A DNA stretch of 64,000 nt from the NCBI GenBank assembly GCA_963799485.1, contig CAWCXJ010000004.1, positions 160,001 through 224,000 of the forward strand, given 5' to 3'. Below, one piece after another: positions 30,583 to 40,197 of this stretch (position 1 is the stretch's first letter; every line of letters starts with the position of its first letter). The position numbers and the translations under genes were made by a program. Under the pieces are notes generated by a model, which was not told where the DNA came from, searched no databases, and saw nothing but the letters and a program-made list of their open reading frames with translations. This DNA comes from an uncultured Trueperaceae bacterium (lineage in GTDB: Bacteria > Deinococcota > Deinococci > Deinococcales > Trueperaceae).

Positions 30583-32028
30583 GTGGAGCTTCCGGTGCCT
30601 TTAACCATAGGCATCGATCTGGGTACGAGCGGTGTCCGCACGCTCGCCGTTAGTGAGACGGGCGCACTTATCGCCGAGAGTACCCGCAGCTACCCGCTTT
30701 TGACCCCGCACCCCGGTTGGACGGAGCAGCGCCCCGAAGACTGGTTTGGGGAGACGGTCGCAGCCCTGCGTGAACTCGCCGCACAGCTTGGCGGACAAGA
30801 AATCGTCGCGCTCGGGCTTTCCGGGCAGATGCACGGGATGGTACCGCTAGACGCTCACGGTGAGGTCGTCCGGCCTGCGCTCTTATGGAACGACCAGCGT
30901 ACCGGGAAGGGCGTCGCTGAACTCGAGGCCGCCGTACCCCGTAAAACGCTGGTCGCACGTACCGGCAACCCGGCGATCACCGGGTTTCAGCTGCCTAAAC
31001 TGCTCTGGTTGCGGCAAGAAGAACCCGACAACTTTGCTCGTACCCGCCACGTGCTATTGCCCAAAGATTATCTGGGCTTCAAGCTTACCGGTGTGGTGGC
31101 GGCTGAACCCTCCGACGCTTCGGGAACGAACTGTTTTGAAATTGCCCAAAAGGTCTGGGACGCCGAGGTGTTGGGGGCGCTTAACCTGAGTACGGCGCTT
31201 TTTCCGGACCTCGTTTCATCCCGTGAGGTCGTCGGCACACTGACCAAAGAACTGTCTTCAGAGACCGGCTTACCGGAGGGCTTGCCCGTCGTCGCCGGGG
31301 CCGGGGACAACGCGGCGGCGGCGATAGGACTCGGTATCTCGAGTCGTACGCCCGGTACAGGCAGCGTCAGCCTCGGTACCTCCGGAGTCGTCTTTGCGCC
31401 GCTAGACGCGCCGACCCCCGACCCACAGGGGCGTGTTCACCTCTTTTGTCACGCCGACGGGGGCTACAACCTCCTCGGGGTGACGCTCGCCGCTGCGGGC
31501 AGTCTTCAGTGGTACCGCGACACCTTCAGGCCGGGTGTGGGTTTTGACGCCCTTACCCGGGAGGCTGAAACCTCCGAGCCGGGCGCGAACGGCGTCACTT
31601 TCAAACCCTACCTCGCCGGCGAGCGTACCCCTCACCTCGACCCCGATTTGCGCGGGTCGTGGACGGGTTTGAGTTTGGCGACGACCCAGGCCGACCTCGT
31701 GCGCTCGGTGCTCGAGGGTGTCGCCTTCAGCCTGCGCGACGCCCTCGACGTTATTACGCCGCTCGCGCCGCTCACCCAAGCTTTTACGACGGGAGGTGGT
31801 GCGCGCTCAGATATGTGGTTGCAACTTACCGCCGATGTTCTGGCGTTGCCGCTCATCCGCCCTAGTCAAAGTCAGGGCCCGGCCTACGGCGCGGCACTTT
31901 TGGCTTTGCAAGGGGTAGGTTACACGGATAAAGCAGCGGCGCTGGCGCGCCTCGAGCGCGACCGGACCTTTTCACCTGACGGGCGGGAGCACTACTACGA
32001 CGCGCTGGGACGTTACCGTACCGCCTGA
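30583..32028 (+). CDS. xylB: Xylulokinase (FGGY family)
   Basis: [32 protein letters not shown] and EGVAF motifs. Confidence 0.9.
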   Translation: MELPVPLTIGIDLGTSGVRTLAVSETGALIAESTRSYPLLTPHPGWTEQRPEDWFGETVAALRELAAQLGGQEIVALGLSGQMHGMVPLDAHGEVVRPALLWNDQRTGKGVAELEAAVPRKTLVARTGNPAITGFQLPKLLWLRQEEPDNFARTRHVLLPKDYLGFKLTGVVAAEPSDASGTNCFEIAQKVWDAEVLGALNLSTALFPDLVSSREVVGTLTKELSSETGLPEGLPVVAGAGDNAAAAIGLGISSRTPGTGSVSLGTSGVVFAPLDAPTPDPQGRVHLFCHADGGYNLLGVTLAAAGSLQWYRDTFRPGVGFDALTREAETSEPGANGVTFKPYLAGERTPHLDPDLRGSWTGLSLATTQADLVRSVLEGVAFSLRDALDVITPLAPLTQAFTTGGGARSDMWLQLTADVLALPLIRPSQSQGPAYGAALLALQGVGYTDKAAALARLERDRTFSPDGREHYYDALGRYRTA

Positions 32029-32089
32029 GCCAAATGTGTTTCCGGTGCAGGGTTCGGGTTGGGATGAGATTCTCTAGATACACAAATTC

Positions 32090-32121
32090 GACGAGCGTGA
32101 AGTTTAGCGATCACGCTCGTC
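32090..32121. terminator. Hairpin between convergent xylB and the peptide gene
   Basis: gacgagcgtga-N10-tcacgctcgtc (11-bp stem); no clear U-run. Confidence 0.5.
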
Positions 32122-32218
32122 TGGAGTGCGGGTTTGGAGAGATACTCTCGAGGGTTCAGGTTTGATTTTGTTTACCTTGACTTTCCTTAAGGGGGCGCTG
32201 GTGTCAACAGGTGGTGAC

Positions 32219-32335
32219 TTACCTAGAAGATGATGCAGGTGTGACAACACCGGGACTTATAAGCCTAGACCTTGCAAATCCGACACTACCGACGCTTAAG
32301 CAAATCATACCGATGATAAGAGCTTTCTTGAACAT
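32219..32335 (-). CDS. 38-aa secreted peptide precursor (candidate signalling peptide)
   Basis: MFKKALIIGMICLSVGSVGFA-RSRLISPGVVTPASSSR; strong GAAGGAGGAGG RBS; TACAGT -10-like element; below the ORF-track cutoff. Confidence 0.8.
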   Translation of the reverse strand: MFKKALIIGMICLSVGSVGFARSRLISPGVVTPASSSR

Positions 32336-32463
32336 GATTCCTCCTCCTTCAACTGTCCCTACTGTACAAAAGCCTTGTTGCCGCGGCGTTACAGCTTTTG
32401 ACGTGCGCGTTGCAACAGCCTTGCATCACGCCAACGCTTACATTTTGATAAGGAGGACTACGA

Positions 32464-32646
32464 ATGACCAAAAATGAAGCACGTGAAATTTTGGCTGAAA
32501 CCTGGCGGTTCAGCCGCGTCGGTGAACTTATCGCCTTACGCGAAGTCGAGCTTATCGAAGCGGTGCGCGACCACGAAACCGCGCGTTCAGCCGGGCCGTC
32601 TACGCCCCTGAACTACGCCCACCCGCAACCGCTGCGCTCGTCGTAA
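32464..32646 (+). CDS. Small hypothetical protein (60 aa) divergent from the peptide gene
   Basis: AAGGAGG RBS before ATG 32464. Confidence 0.65.
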   Translation: MTKNEAREILAETWRFSRVGELIALREVELIEAVRDHETARSAGPSTPLNYAHPQPLRSS

Positions 32647-32677
32647 GATTCCGTCCAGAGTTCTAGTTACCGGGGTT

Positions 32678-35125
32678 CTAGTTATAGGTCGGGCGCAGTT
32701 CCTGAGTTACTCTGTGGAGCTGCGCCCTTACGAGCGGCAGCCGCACATCGCCGGTAGGGAGCGCGGCGTGTGTGGCCTGCCACAACTCGAGGTCGTCTTT
32801 AAGCGTTTCGGCAAGTGGCAACAGCGCCTCGGCGTCGCCGGAATGAAGGGCGCTCTGCCGTAACCGCTCTTCGAGATAAAGCCGTGCCTCACGGACGCCG
32901 GGAGCGTCGCTCGCTTCGAGGAGCGGCCCCCGGTAAAGCTCGAGCGCCGCTCTTACGTCGCCCGTTGCAATCGCCGCCTCGCAGTCGCCTGCATCGAAGG
33001 TAAACGGCACGGTGATACGGTACGGCTCAGGATGTGCGCTGATCGGCACAAGCACCCGCAACCGTGAAACTGCTGAGCGCAGCGCCACGAGCGTCGTATC
33101 CTCGTCGTCGTAAAGGCAGCTGTGTAAAACTTCGGGAGTCAACCCTTGGGGGTGCAGGGCGAGCAGCACGAGGGTTTCCAGCGCCCGTTCGCTGAGCGCG
33201 AGGCGCTTGTCGTTGAACCATACTTCCGCCCGCCCCAAAACCTTGATGTGTAGCGGCACATGCTGAGCCGCGAGTGTACTCCAAACGCTTGCGAACTCGG
33301 TCTCAGGGCCACAAAAGAGCCGGAAGCCGACAGGCGAAAGTGCCTTGAGCGATTCTTGCAACGTCGCGCTGAGTTCACTAAAACGTAGCGCGCCGGTCTT
33401 GAGTAGGTGCAGCGCTGCCATGATTCGGAACGACGCCTCGATGTCCGGAGCCGCGAGCACTCTCATCAGGTAACTGCGCGCCGCCTTGGGGTTCTGAACT
33501 GCGTAAACCATCCCGAGCGCCAGGAACGCCGGGAGCGTGACGAAATCGTCCTCACCGGTCGTCAGGGTTACGGCGTACTGCGCCTTGGCGAGCGCTTCGT
33601 CTACTTTTCCTCGCTCGAGCAAAATCCGTACCAGCGGTACAGTCGCACCACCTATCAGCCAGCGCGGGCTACGCTCGAGGTTTTCGGCAGCCAGCTTTTC
33701 TGCTTCCCTCAAATTGCCCAAGACAAGTTCGAGATTTGCCAGCGTAGTACGAATATAGGTTGCTACACTGAGTTCTGCGGAATCAGCGGCAGCTTTAGCT
33801 TCTAAAAGAATTTCGTGTAACCCGTTGATCTGCCCCGCTATGATGTGAGAGCTTGCATAGAAGTAAAGAAGATGTAGCCGCGCTGTGCCGTCCTGAACCC
33901 TCTTTTTTTCAAAAGTCTGGAGCGCCCAATCACTCCAGTGGGCTGCCTCCTCGAATTTTCCCAAATAGTTGAGGCTTTCTGCAAGCGCCCCAGCATTGCG
34001 TGTAACCTCATAGGGGCGACCAACTGTTTCAGCAAGCTTGACACTCTGTTGCAAGATTGTTGCGCCTACTTTTCCGTCTATGTGCAACCGACCAAGTTGA
34101 TAAAGTGTAAGCGGTGTCGTCATTGCTGCTGCTGCGCGTTGGGCTTGGGCGAAACTCTCTTCTGGGTCGGGAAGCATACCCGCATAGCGGGCGCGCAGTT
34201 CCGGCGCTTCGTTGTCTTCCAAATAGGCTTCGATAGCAGGCAGTATATGGCTGTAGTCCGACTGACTAAAGCCGGCGACCAGCCGCCACTCGAGCACCTT
34301 TTCGCCGCCTTGATAGCGGTCGTCGAGGCTTTCGAGCAGCAAGTGCAGCCGTCCGAGTAACCCTTGCTCCAGGTACACTGGCCCGGCCTCACCGATGAGT
34401 TCGGAAACCTGTTCGGGTACACTCATAACGGCAAGCTCGAGCGCCTCGATATGGCGACCGAGTTTTTGCAACACCTCGAGCAAAACACCCGGCGCTACCA
34501 GCGCTTCGTTGCCCGGTGCGGTGAGTGGGCCCTGCGCCGAGGGAACGTGCGGCAACGGTATCCCGCGGAGGCGGCAGACGCTGTTCATGAAGGTCAGGTA
34601 CGCACCCCCCGAAGAGCGCCATAAGGTGCGCTTTTCGTCTTCGCTGAGAAAATGACCTGCCAGGAGTTCGGCTTCGTCCGGGGTGAGCGCGAGCTCCTCG
34701 CGGCGGAGGTGCAACCCAGCAAAGGTCGCGTCCGTGCTGTTCGTCACCAAGATAGGCTTCGCGCCTACCTCGGCAAGCTCGAGTAACGAATCACGAAAAA
34801 GGGGGGTGTAGTCGGCGTTGGTACAAGCAATCGTCATGCCGCCGAGCAGGGGCAGCCGTTTTCGCAAAACCTCGATACTGTAGCTAAAGGGCAGTGCGTG
34901 AGGTAAGAAGTTGGCCTCGAGCGCTGTATTTACCGCGTCTGCCAGGCGGTTGCCGATAGCCACCGCGTCGCTTGCCTCGGTAGGGGTGAGTTGCAACCAG
35001 GCGAGCCTTTGGGTATGACTGAGCGCCTCGAGCAAAAAGGGCGCGCCGTAGGCCTCGCCCCCTTCGATTAAAACAGGGCCGGGATGGGCGCGAAGTTTCG
35101 CTAATAATCTCTGAGTCCAGATCAC
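32678..35125 (-). CDS. Large transcriptional regulator: degenerate MalT-like ATPase, helical/TPR-like sensor, C-terminal wHTH/SARP-like activator domain
   Basis: N-terminal VLIEGGEAYGAPFL/LAWLQL resembles MalT-type P-loop regions; C-terminal LHIKVLG...LLALHPQGLT...LRSAVSRLR...ALELYRGPLL. Confidence 0.8.
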   Translation of the reverse strand: MIWTQRLLAKLRAHPGPVLIEGGEAYGAPFLLEALSHTQRLAWLQLTPTEASDAVAIGNRLADAVNTALEANFLPHALPFSYSIEVLRKRLPLLGGMTIACTNADYTPLFRDSLLELAEVGAKPILVTNSTDATFAGLHLRREELALTPDEAELLAGHFLSEDEKRTLWRSSGGAYLTFMNSVCRLRGIPLPHVPSAQGPLTAPGNEALVAPGVLLEVLQKLGRHIEALELAVMSVPEQVSELIGEAGPVYLEQGLLGRLHLLLESLDDRYQGGEKVLEWRLVAGFSQSDYSHILPAIEAYLEDNEAPELRARYAGMLPDPEESFAQAQRAAAAMTTPLTLYQLGRLHIDGKVGATILQQSVKLAETVGRPYEVTRNAGALAESLNYLGKFEEAAHWSDWALQTFEKKRVQDGTARLHLLYFYASSHIIAGQINGLHEILLEAKAAADSAELSVATYIRTTLANLELVLGNLREAEKLAAENLERSPRWLIGGATVPLVRILLERGKVDEALAKAQYAVTLTTGEDDFVTLPAFLALGMVYAVQNPKAARSYLMRVLAAPDIEASFRIMAALHLLKTGALRFSELSATLQESLKALSPVGFRLFCGPETEFASVWSTLAAQHVPLHIKVLGRAEVWFNDKRLALSERALETLVLLALHPQGLTPEVLHSCLYDDEDTTLVALRSAVSRLRVLVPISAHPEPYRITVPFTFDAGDCEAAIATGDVRAALELYRGPLLEASDAPGVREARLYLEERLRQSALHSGDAEALLPLAETLKDDLELWQATHAALPTGDVRLPLVRAQLHRVTQELRPTYN

Positions 35126-35301
35126 CGCACTACACTCTTTTGGTCGCTAAACAGGTTACCTTTTTGATCGACAGCTCTCACGTTAACCCCCCGGTCGTTT
35201 GGGTGAGTATAGCAGGTCTACCGCACCCCGGCATAGGTCGACCGGTCTGCGCCGAACTGTGCCAAGTTCAACACTGCTGGGGCGTCATGTAAAGGCCGCC
35301 G

Positions 35302-36375
35302 TTACGCCGCGAGCCGGTCACGGCCCGCTTGTTTGGCGCGGTACAACGCGCGGTCGGCTCTGGCGATCAGCGTTTCGGGGGTGTCGCCGGGGCGGTAAAC
35401 GCTAACGCCGATAGAAACGGTGACGAGGTGTTCGCCGGCGACAGGGTCGGCGCGAACGGCGTAAAGAAGTCGTTCACCGAGTTGCTGCGCCCCATAGAGT
35501 TCCGTTTGCGGCGCGACCACGACAAATTCTTCGCCTCCCCAGCGGCCTAAGGTGTTCCCGGCCCGGAGTTCGCCCCGCAAACGGCGGGCGATTTCCCGCA
35601 GCACCTTGTCTCCGGTGGGATGACCAAACCGGTCGTTGAGGCGCTTGAAATGGTCGATGTCGATGACGAGCGCGGCGCAGGGCGTTCCGTTCCGGCTCGC
35701 CTGGGCAATCGCGGTGTCGAGGACGGTCTCGAGCTGACGCCGGTTGGGTAAATCGGTCAAAAAGTCGTGGTTGGCCAACCGCTGAAACCAAGCCGCGTCC
35801 TGACGTACCTGCGTGAGTTCGCCGTCGATCCACATCGAGGCGCTGACGAAAGAGAGTAGAAGCGCGTGAGCTACGGCAAAGGTAGCTGCGAAGACGAGCC
35901 CGTCGAAAAGGTTCGGGCCGCCTAGCGTCATCAGGGCGTGCGGCAGGTTGAGGAGCGAAAAAACGAGAAGCACGGTGCCTGCTTGTAATAGCGCCTGCGG
36001 CCCCGGCAGACGGTTAAAAAACTGAACGTAAAGTGCAGGTAAAAGGAGCACGCTGGCGACGATAAGCTGCTGCGCCAGCCGTGACGGGTAGGCGAAGTAA
36101 AACGCGTAAACCCAGCCGACGAGCAGTAGGGTGAGATACAAGTACGGCGCGGCGACGAGCAACACCCGCTGCCGTTTGCGCTTGCTAAAGAGCGTAATAA
36201 GGTCAAAGACGACGACCAAAAAGAGGGTGAGGTTGATGCCGCTCACGCCTACCCGCGCGAACTCGAGCACAGCGCCCACACTACCGAGTACGAGCGTGCC
36301 CCAGACGAGCGCAGTTTGTGACCAACGCGGATAGTTCTGCGGCTTTTCTGAAGGAGAGTCGGATAGCGTCGTCAT
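35302..36375 (-). CDS. Membrane-bound diguanylate cyclase (GGDEF)
   Basis: About six TM segments, DFLTDLPNRR, DIDHFK, RWGGEEF; probable start ATG 36375. Confidence 0.93.
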   Translation of the reverse strand: MTTLSDSPSEKPQNYPRWSQTALVWGTLVLGSVGAVLEFARVGVSGINLTLFLVVVFDLITLFSKRKRQRVLLVAAPYLYLTLLLVGWVYAFYFAYPSRLAQQLIVASVLLLPALYVQFFNRLPGPQALLQAGTVLLVFSLLNLPHALMTLGGPNLFDGLVFAATFAVAHALLLSFVSASMWIDGELTQVRQDAAWFQRLANHDFLTDLPNRRQLETVLDTAIAQASRNGTPCAALVIDIDHFKRLNDRFGHPTGDKVLREIARRLRGELRAGNTLGRWGGEEFVVVAPQTELYGAQQLGERLLYAVRADPVAGEHLVTVSIGVSVYRPGDTPETLIARADRALYRAKQAGRDRLAA

Positions 36376-36774
36376 AAAGAGGAGAACACAACGTCTTTTG
36401 GAGTATACCTGCCTGACGTCCACACGCACCCGACATTGAGGCTTCGTAAAGCTACCTTTTGCAACTTGCTGAAGTCGCATGTTTGGCTTACCAATACCCT
36501 ATATTCAGCACGGAACAAGCGGAAACCTGGTAACCTTCGCCTGGCGCAGCCCGATGTATACCCCTGAATAAATCCGCCTCAAGCGATGGCTTGAACGCCC
36601 TGGCTACTGCTGCTGTCTGTTAGTTTATAGCTCAAAAAGTCTAAACAAACAAAAACTAACAACAAAATCCATAAATTGTCCACTGCTTGCCGTTTACTTC
36701 TTTCGGCGTCCATAGTATCCTCTTGCATATTACGTCGTTAGGACGTCACGGAAATGACGTCATGAAAGGAACTT

Positions 36775-37971
36775 ATGTCTTTTAGCTCGAGTCGTGTCTA
36801 TATGCCTACGCACAACCAGCGCGCCGTACTCGACCTTGTAAGAACCCGGGGGCCCATCTCGAGAGCCGATATCGTTCGGCTGTCCGGGCTGACCTTCCCG
36901 TCGGTTTCGCGAATTATCGGTGAACTTATCGAACGCGACCTCGTAGCGGAGAAGCGGCAGCGGCGCGGCGGTATGGGTAAACCACCGACCGAACTCGAGG
37001 TCAATCCCAAAAGTGCCTTTTCAGTCGGTCTCAACTTGGACCGCGACCAGCTCTCCGCCGTGCTCGTCGATCTTTCAGGCAAGGTACTCGCGCGGCGTCA
37101 CGCTATGCTAACAGACCCCGGCCCCAAAGAGGTGCTGCCGCTGATGGTGAGCGCTACCGAAGCGCTGCTCGAGGGGCAGGACGTTCCCAAGCGGTTGCTT
37201 TTAGGGATCGGCGTAGGGATGCCCACCCCGCTTCATACCGATAAAGTGACCGCTAACCTCCCCGACGACCTCGCTGAGTGGGAGAGCGTGTCCGTGACTT
37301 CGACGCTCGGTAAGCAGTTCGGGTGCCCCGTCCTGCTGGAAAATAATGCGACGGCGGCAGCGATCGGTGAACGCTGGTACGGTGCCGGTTGCAACATCAA
37401 AGACTTTTTCTTCGTGTTTTTTGCTTATGGCGTCGGGGGCGGCGTGATTCTAGGCGGTCAGCCGCACCTCGGTTACAGAGGTTTCGGCGGCGAGTTGGGG
37501 CTCCTCCCGGTTCGTAAGTTTCAAAAAGGCCAACCTCGTGACACCTGTTTTTACGCCTCCCCCGGTGAACTTGTAAAGCAGCTGAGAGAAACGGGTGAAA
37601 ACGCTACGGTAGCCGACCTCGAGAAACTTTACGACGCGGGTAACGAAACCGTATCGGCGTGGCTCGACGCCGCTGCCGACGTGCTCGTGCCCGCGCTCGT
37701 TTACGCCGAGTGTCTGCTCGACCCGGAGGCGATTATCTTTGGTGGACGGCTTCCGGCAAAACTCATGGACACGCTCATCGCCAAAATCAGCGAACGGTTG
37801 CCTGAGTACCGTCACGAGGCCAAACCGTATGGGCCGAGACTGCTACGCGGCAGTACCGGCGAAGACGCCGCGGCGCTCGGGGCCGCGACGATTCCCGTCT
37901 ACCGGGCGATGACCCCCGACCCGACGCCGGACGGTATCTACCGCTCCGCCGTCTTGCAAGAAAGTTACTAG
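36775..37971 (+). CDS. ROK family transcriptional regulator
   Basis: N-terminal HTH (ISRADIV..SGLTFPSVS), LENNATAAAIGE, GGELG. Confidence 0.93.
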   Translation: MSFSSSRVYMPTHNQRAVLDLVRTRGPISRADIVRLSGLTFPSVSRIIGELIERDLVAEKRQRRGGMGKPPTELEVNPKSAFSVGLNLDRDQLSAVLVDLSGKVLARRHAMLTDPGPKEVLPLMVSATEALLEGQDVPKRLLLGIGVGMPTPLHTDKVTANLPDDLAEWESVSVTSTLGKQFGCPVLLENNATAAAIGERWYGAGCNIKDFFFVFFAYGVGGGVILGGQPHLGYRGFGGELGLLPVRKFQKGQPRDTCFYASPGELVKQLRETGENATVADLEKLYDAGNETVSAWLDAAADVLVPALVYAECLLDPEAIIFGGRLPAKLMDTLIAKISERLPEYRHEAKPYGPRLLRGSTGEDAAALGAATIPVYRAMTPDPTPDGIYRSAVLQESY

Positions 37972-38061
37972 CTGCCGGGATAGTGAGCATTCAGTACGGT
38001 ATCAAAACGCTGGCTCGAGCCGCAGGAACGCTTGCAAAACAGCACTGGGCGGCGTGCTGAG

Positions 38062-39384
38062 ATGAACCCGGCACGCCCGAATATCCTCTGCCCGAATATC
38101 CTCTATGTGCACTCGCACGATACCGGGCGCTACCTCCAGCCCTACGGCTACGCGGTGAGGACGCCGCAGCTTCAGCGCCTTGCCGAAGAGGGGGTGCTGT
38201 TTACACGGGCGTTCGCCGCTGCGCCGACGTGTTCCCCCTCGCGGGCCGCGCTCTTGACCGGCGAGTCGCCGCATAACAGCGGCATGATGGGGTTGGCGCA
38301 CCGGGGCTGGCGCTTAAACGACCCGTCGCGTCACCTCGCTCACGTGTTAAAAAACGCGGGCTACCACACGGCCCTGGCCGGGGTGCAGCACCTCGCACCC
38401 GACCCCGCCGAACTCGGTTACCGCGCCGTGCTCAAAACCAAAAGCAACCACGCGAAAGACGTCGCGGGGGCAGCGGAGAGGTTTTTGGGGCGACCTCAGC
38501 GCAAACCGTTCTTTTTAGATGTGGGATTCGTCGAAACGCACCTTTTACCCTACGGAGACTCGAGCTTTGCGCACGCGCGCGGCGACCCCCGCTACGTGCG
38601 CCCGTTGCCGCCGCTTCCCGACACCCCCGAAACCCGTCAAGACGTGGCAGACTTCGGCGTCGCCGTCGGGGTTGTCGATGAGGCGGCCCTGCGCGTGCTG
38701 GGGGCGCTCGAGCACCACGGACTTGCTGAAACTACGCTGGTCATTTACACGACCGACCACGGCCCGCCGCTACCGGGCATGAAAGGGACGCTCACCGACC
38801 ACGGCCTGGGCGTTTCTCTCATCATGCGCGGCCCCGGTTTTTCGGGCGGACAGGTTCTTACGCCGCCGGTCTCGCAGCTCGACGTTTTTCCGACGCTCTG
38901 CGAGCTGGCGGGTTTGGCGCCGCCCACCTGGTTACAGGGGCGTTCGCTGCTGCCGCTCTTGCGCGGTGACGCCGACCTTCACCCCAAGCTTCACGACGCG
39001 ATTTTCGGCGAAACGACGCACCACGTCGCCTATGAGCCGCAGCGTTCGGTGCGTACCGAAGGCTACCGCTACGTCCGGCAGTTCAGCACGCGGGGTCGCC
39101 CGGTTCCCTCGAACACCGATGACAGCGCCAGCAAAGCCCTCTGGCTGGCGCGCGGTTGGTTGGAGCAGCCGGTCCCGCAAGAGCGGTTGTTCGACCTCAC
39201 CTTCGACCCCGGCGAAGCGCACAACGTCGCAGCCGAACCCAAGTACCGGGAAACGCTCACGGCGGCGCGGCAGCTGCTGCAAAGCTGGATGGAAGAAACG
39301 GACGACCCACTCTTATCCGGCGACGTTTTGGTACCTCCCGGTACCCGCACGAAAGACCCGGACGCACTCAGTCCTTCGGATTGA
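38062..39384 (+). CDS. Sulfatase (FGly-dependent; sulfamidase-like)
   Basis: CSPSRAALLTG signature, TTDHG, LFDLTFDPGE. Confidence 0.93.
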   Translation: MNPARPNILCPNILYVHSHDTGRYLQPYGYAVRTPQLQRLAEEGVLFTRAFAAAPTCSPSRAALLTGESPHNSGMMGLAHRGWRLNDPSRHLAHVLKNAGYHTALAGVQHLAPDPAELGYRAVLKTKSNHAKDVAGAAERFLGRPQRKPFFLDVGFVETHLLPYGDSSFAHARGDPRYVRPLPPLPDTPETRQDVADFGVAVGVVDEAALRVLGALEHHGLAETTLVIYTTDHGPPLPGMKGTLTDHGLGVSLIMRGPGFSGGQVLTPPVSQLDVFPTLCELAGLAPPTWLQGRSLLPLLRGDADLHPKLHDAIFGETTHHVAYEPQRSVRTEGYRYVRQFSTRGRPVPSNTDDSASKALWLARGWLEQPVPQERLFDLTFDPGEAHNVAAEPKYRETLTAARQLLQSWMEETDDPLLSGDVLVPPGTRTKDPDALSPSD

Positions 39385-39503
39385 CCGAACGACCCGGATA
39401 TTTCAACTCGCTCGGTTTGGTCGTCCCCCGCAGATCCAGCGGCTGTTTACAACTTGGGTCTTCTGACAGTAAAGTCGGCTGCCGAGCGCGGTAGAGTAAC
39501 AAG

Positions 39504-40142
39504 ATGTTGGGGTGGATTTACAGTACGACCTCGGCGCTAGGTTATCCGGGAATTGCGCTCCTGATGTTTCTCGAGAACATTTTCCCGCCGCTGCCCTCCG
39601 AACTCATCATGCCGCTCGCGGGGTTTGCCGCCGCCCAGGGCGACCTCTCGTTTTTCGGGGTGGTTTTAGCGGGGTCACTCGGGGCGCTTTTGGGGCAGCT
39701 GCCCTACTACGCGCTGGCCTACCGGGTCGGTAGAAAGACGCTCTTTTTATGGGCTGAGCGTTACGGGCGCTGGTTTACGCTCTCGCGCCACGACCTGGAG
39801 CGCGCCGACCGCTGGTTCGAACGTTACGGGCGCTGGGCGGTCTTTTTCGGTCGTCTGGTACCGGGACTCCGGATGCTGATCCCCATTCCGGCGGGGTTAA
39901 GCCGGATGCCCGTTGCCGTATTTTTACTCTACTCGCTTTTCGGGACGGTACTCTGGACGGCGCTGCTGGTGTTTTTAGGGTTTATCTTGAGGCAAAACTA
40001 TCATCTCGTCGGTCGCTACCTCGGTATAGCGACCTTCTGGATCGCCGGGCTTGCGCTCCTGGGGCTGCTCGGCTGGTTTTCCCGGCGGTTTTTGCAGCGT
40101 TTTTTACGGCGCTTTTTACGGCACCGCTCGAGAAAAACCTAG
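39504..40142 (+). CDS. DedA family membrane protein
   Basis: LENIFPPLPSELIMPLAG and FGRLVPG motifs. Confidence 0.93.
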   Translation: MLGWIYSTTSALGYPGIALLMFLENIFPPLPSELIMPLAGFAAAQGDLSFFGVVLAGSLGALLGQLPYYALAYRVGRKTLFLWAERYGRWFTLSRHDLERADRWFERYGRWAVFFGRLVPGLRMLIPIPAGLSRMPVAVFLLYSLFGTVLWTALLVFLGFILRQNYHLVGRYLGIATFWIAGLALLGLLGWFSRRFLQRFLRRFLRHRSRKT

Positions 40143-40197
40143 ACCGGTCAGGCTTGGCAGCCTAGCTTTTCGCGTCGGTCGTCCTCCGTGCGCGTAA

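Noticed and set aside
32211..32477. 88-aa plus-strand ORF from the ORF track
   Set aside because: It is antisense to the 38-aa peptide gene, which has a far stronger RBS and a coherent signal peptide
36480..36720. c-di-GMP riboswitch upstream of the diguanylate cyclase
   Set aside because: I could not find the conserved class I or class II motifs
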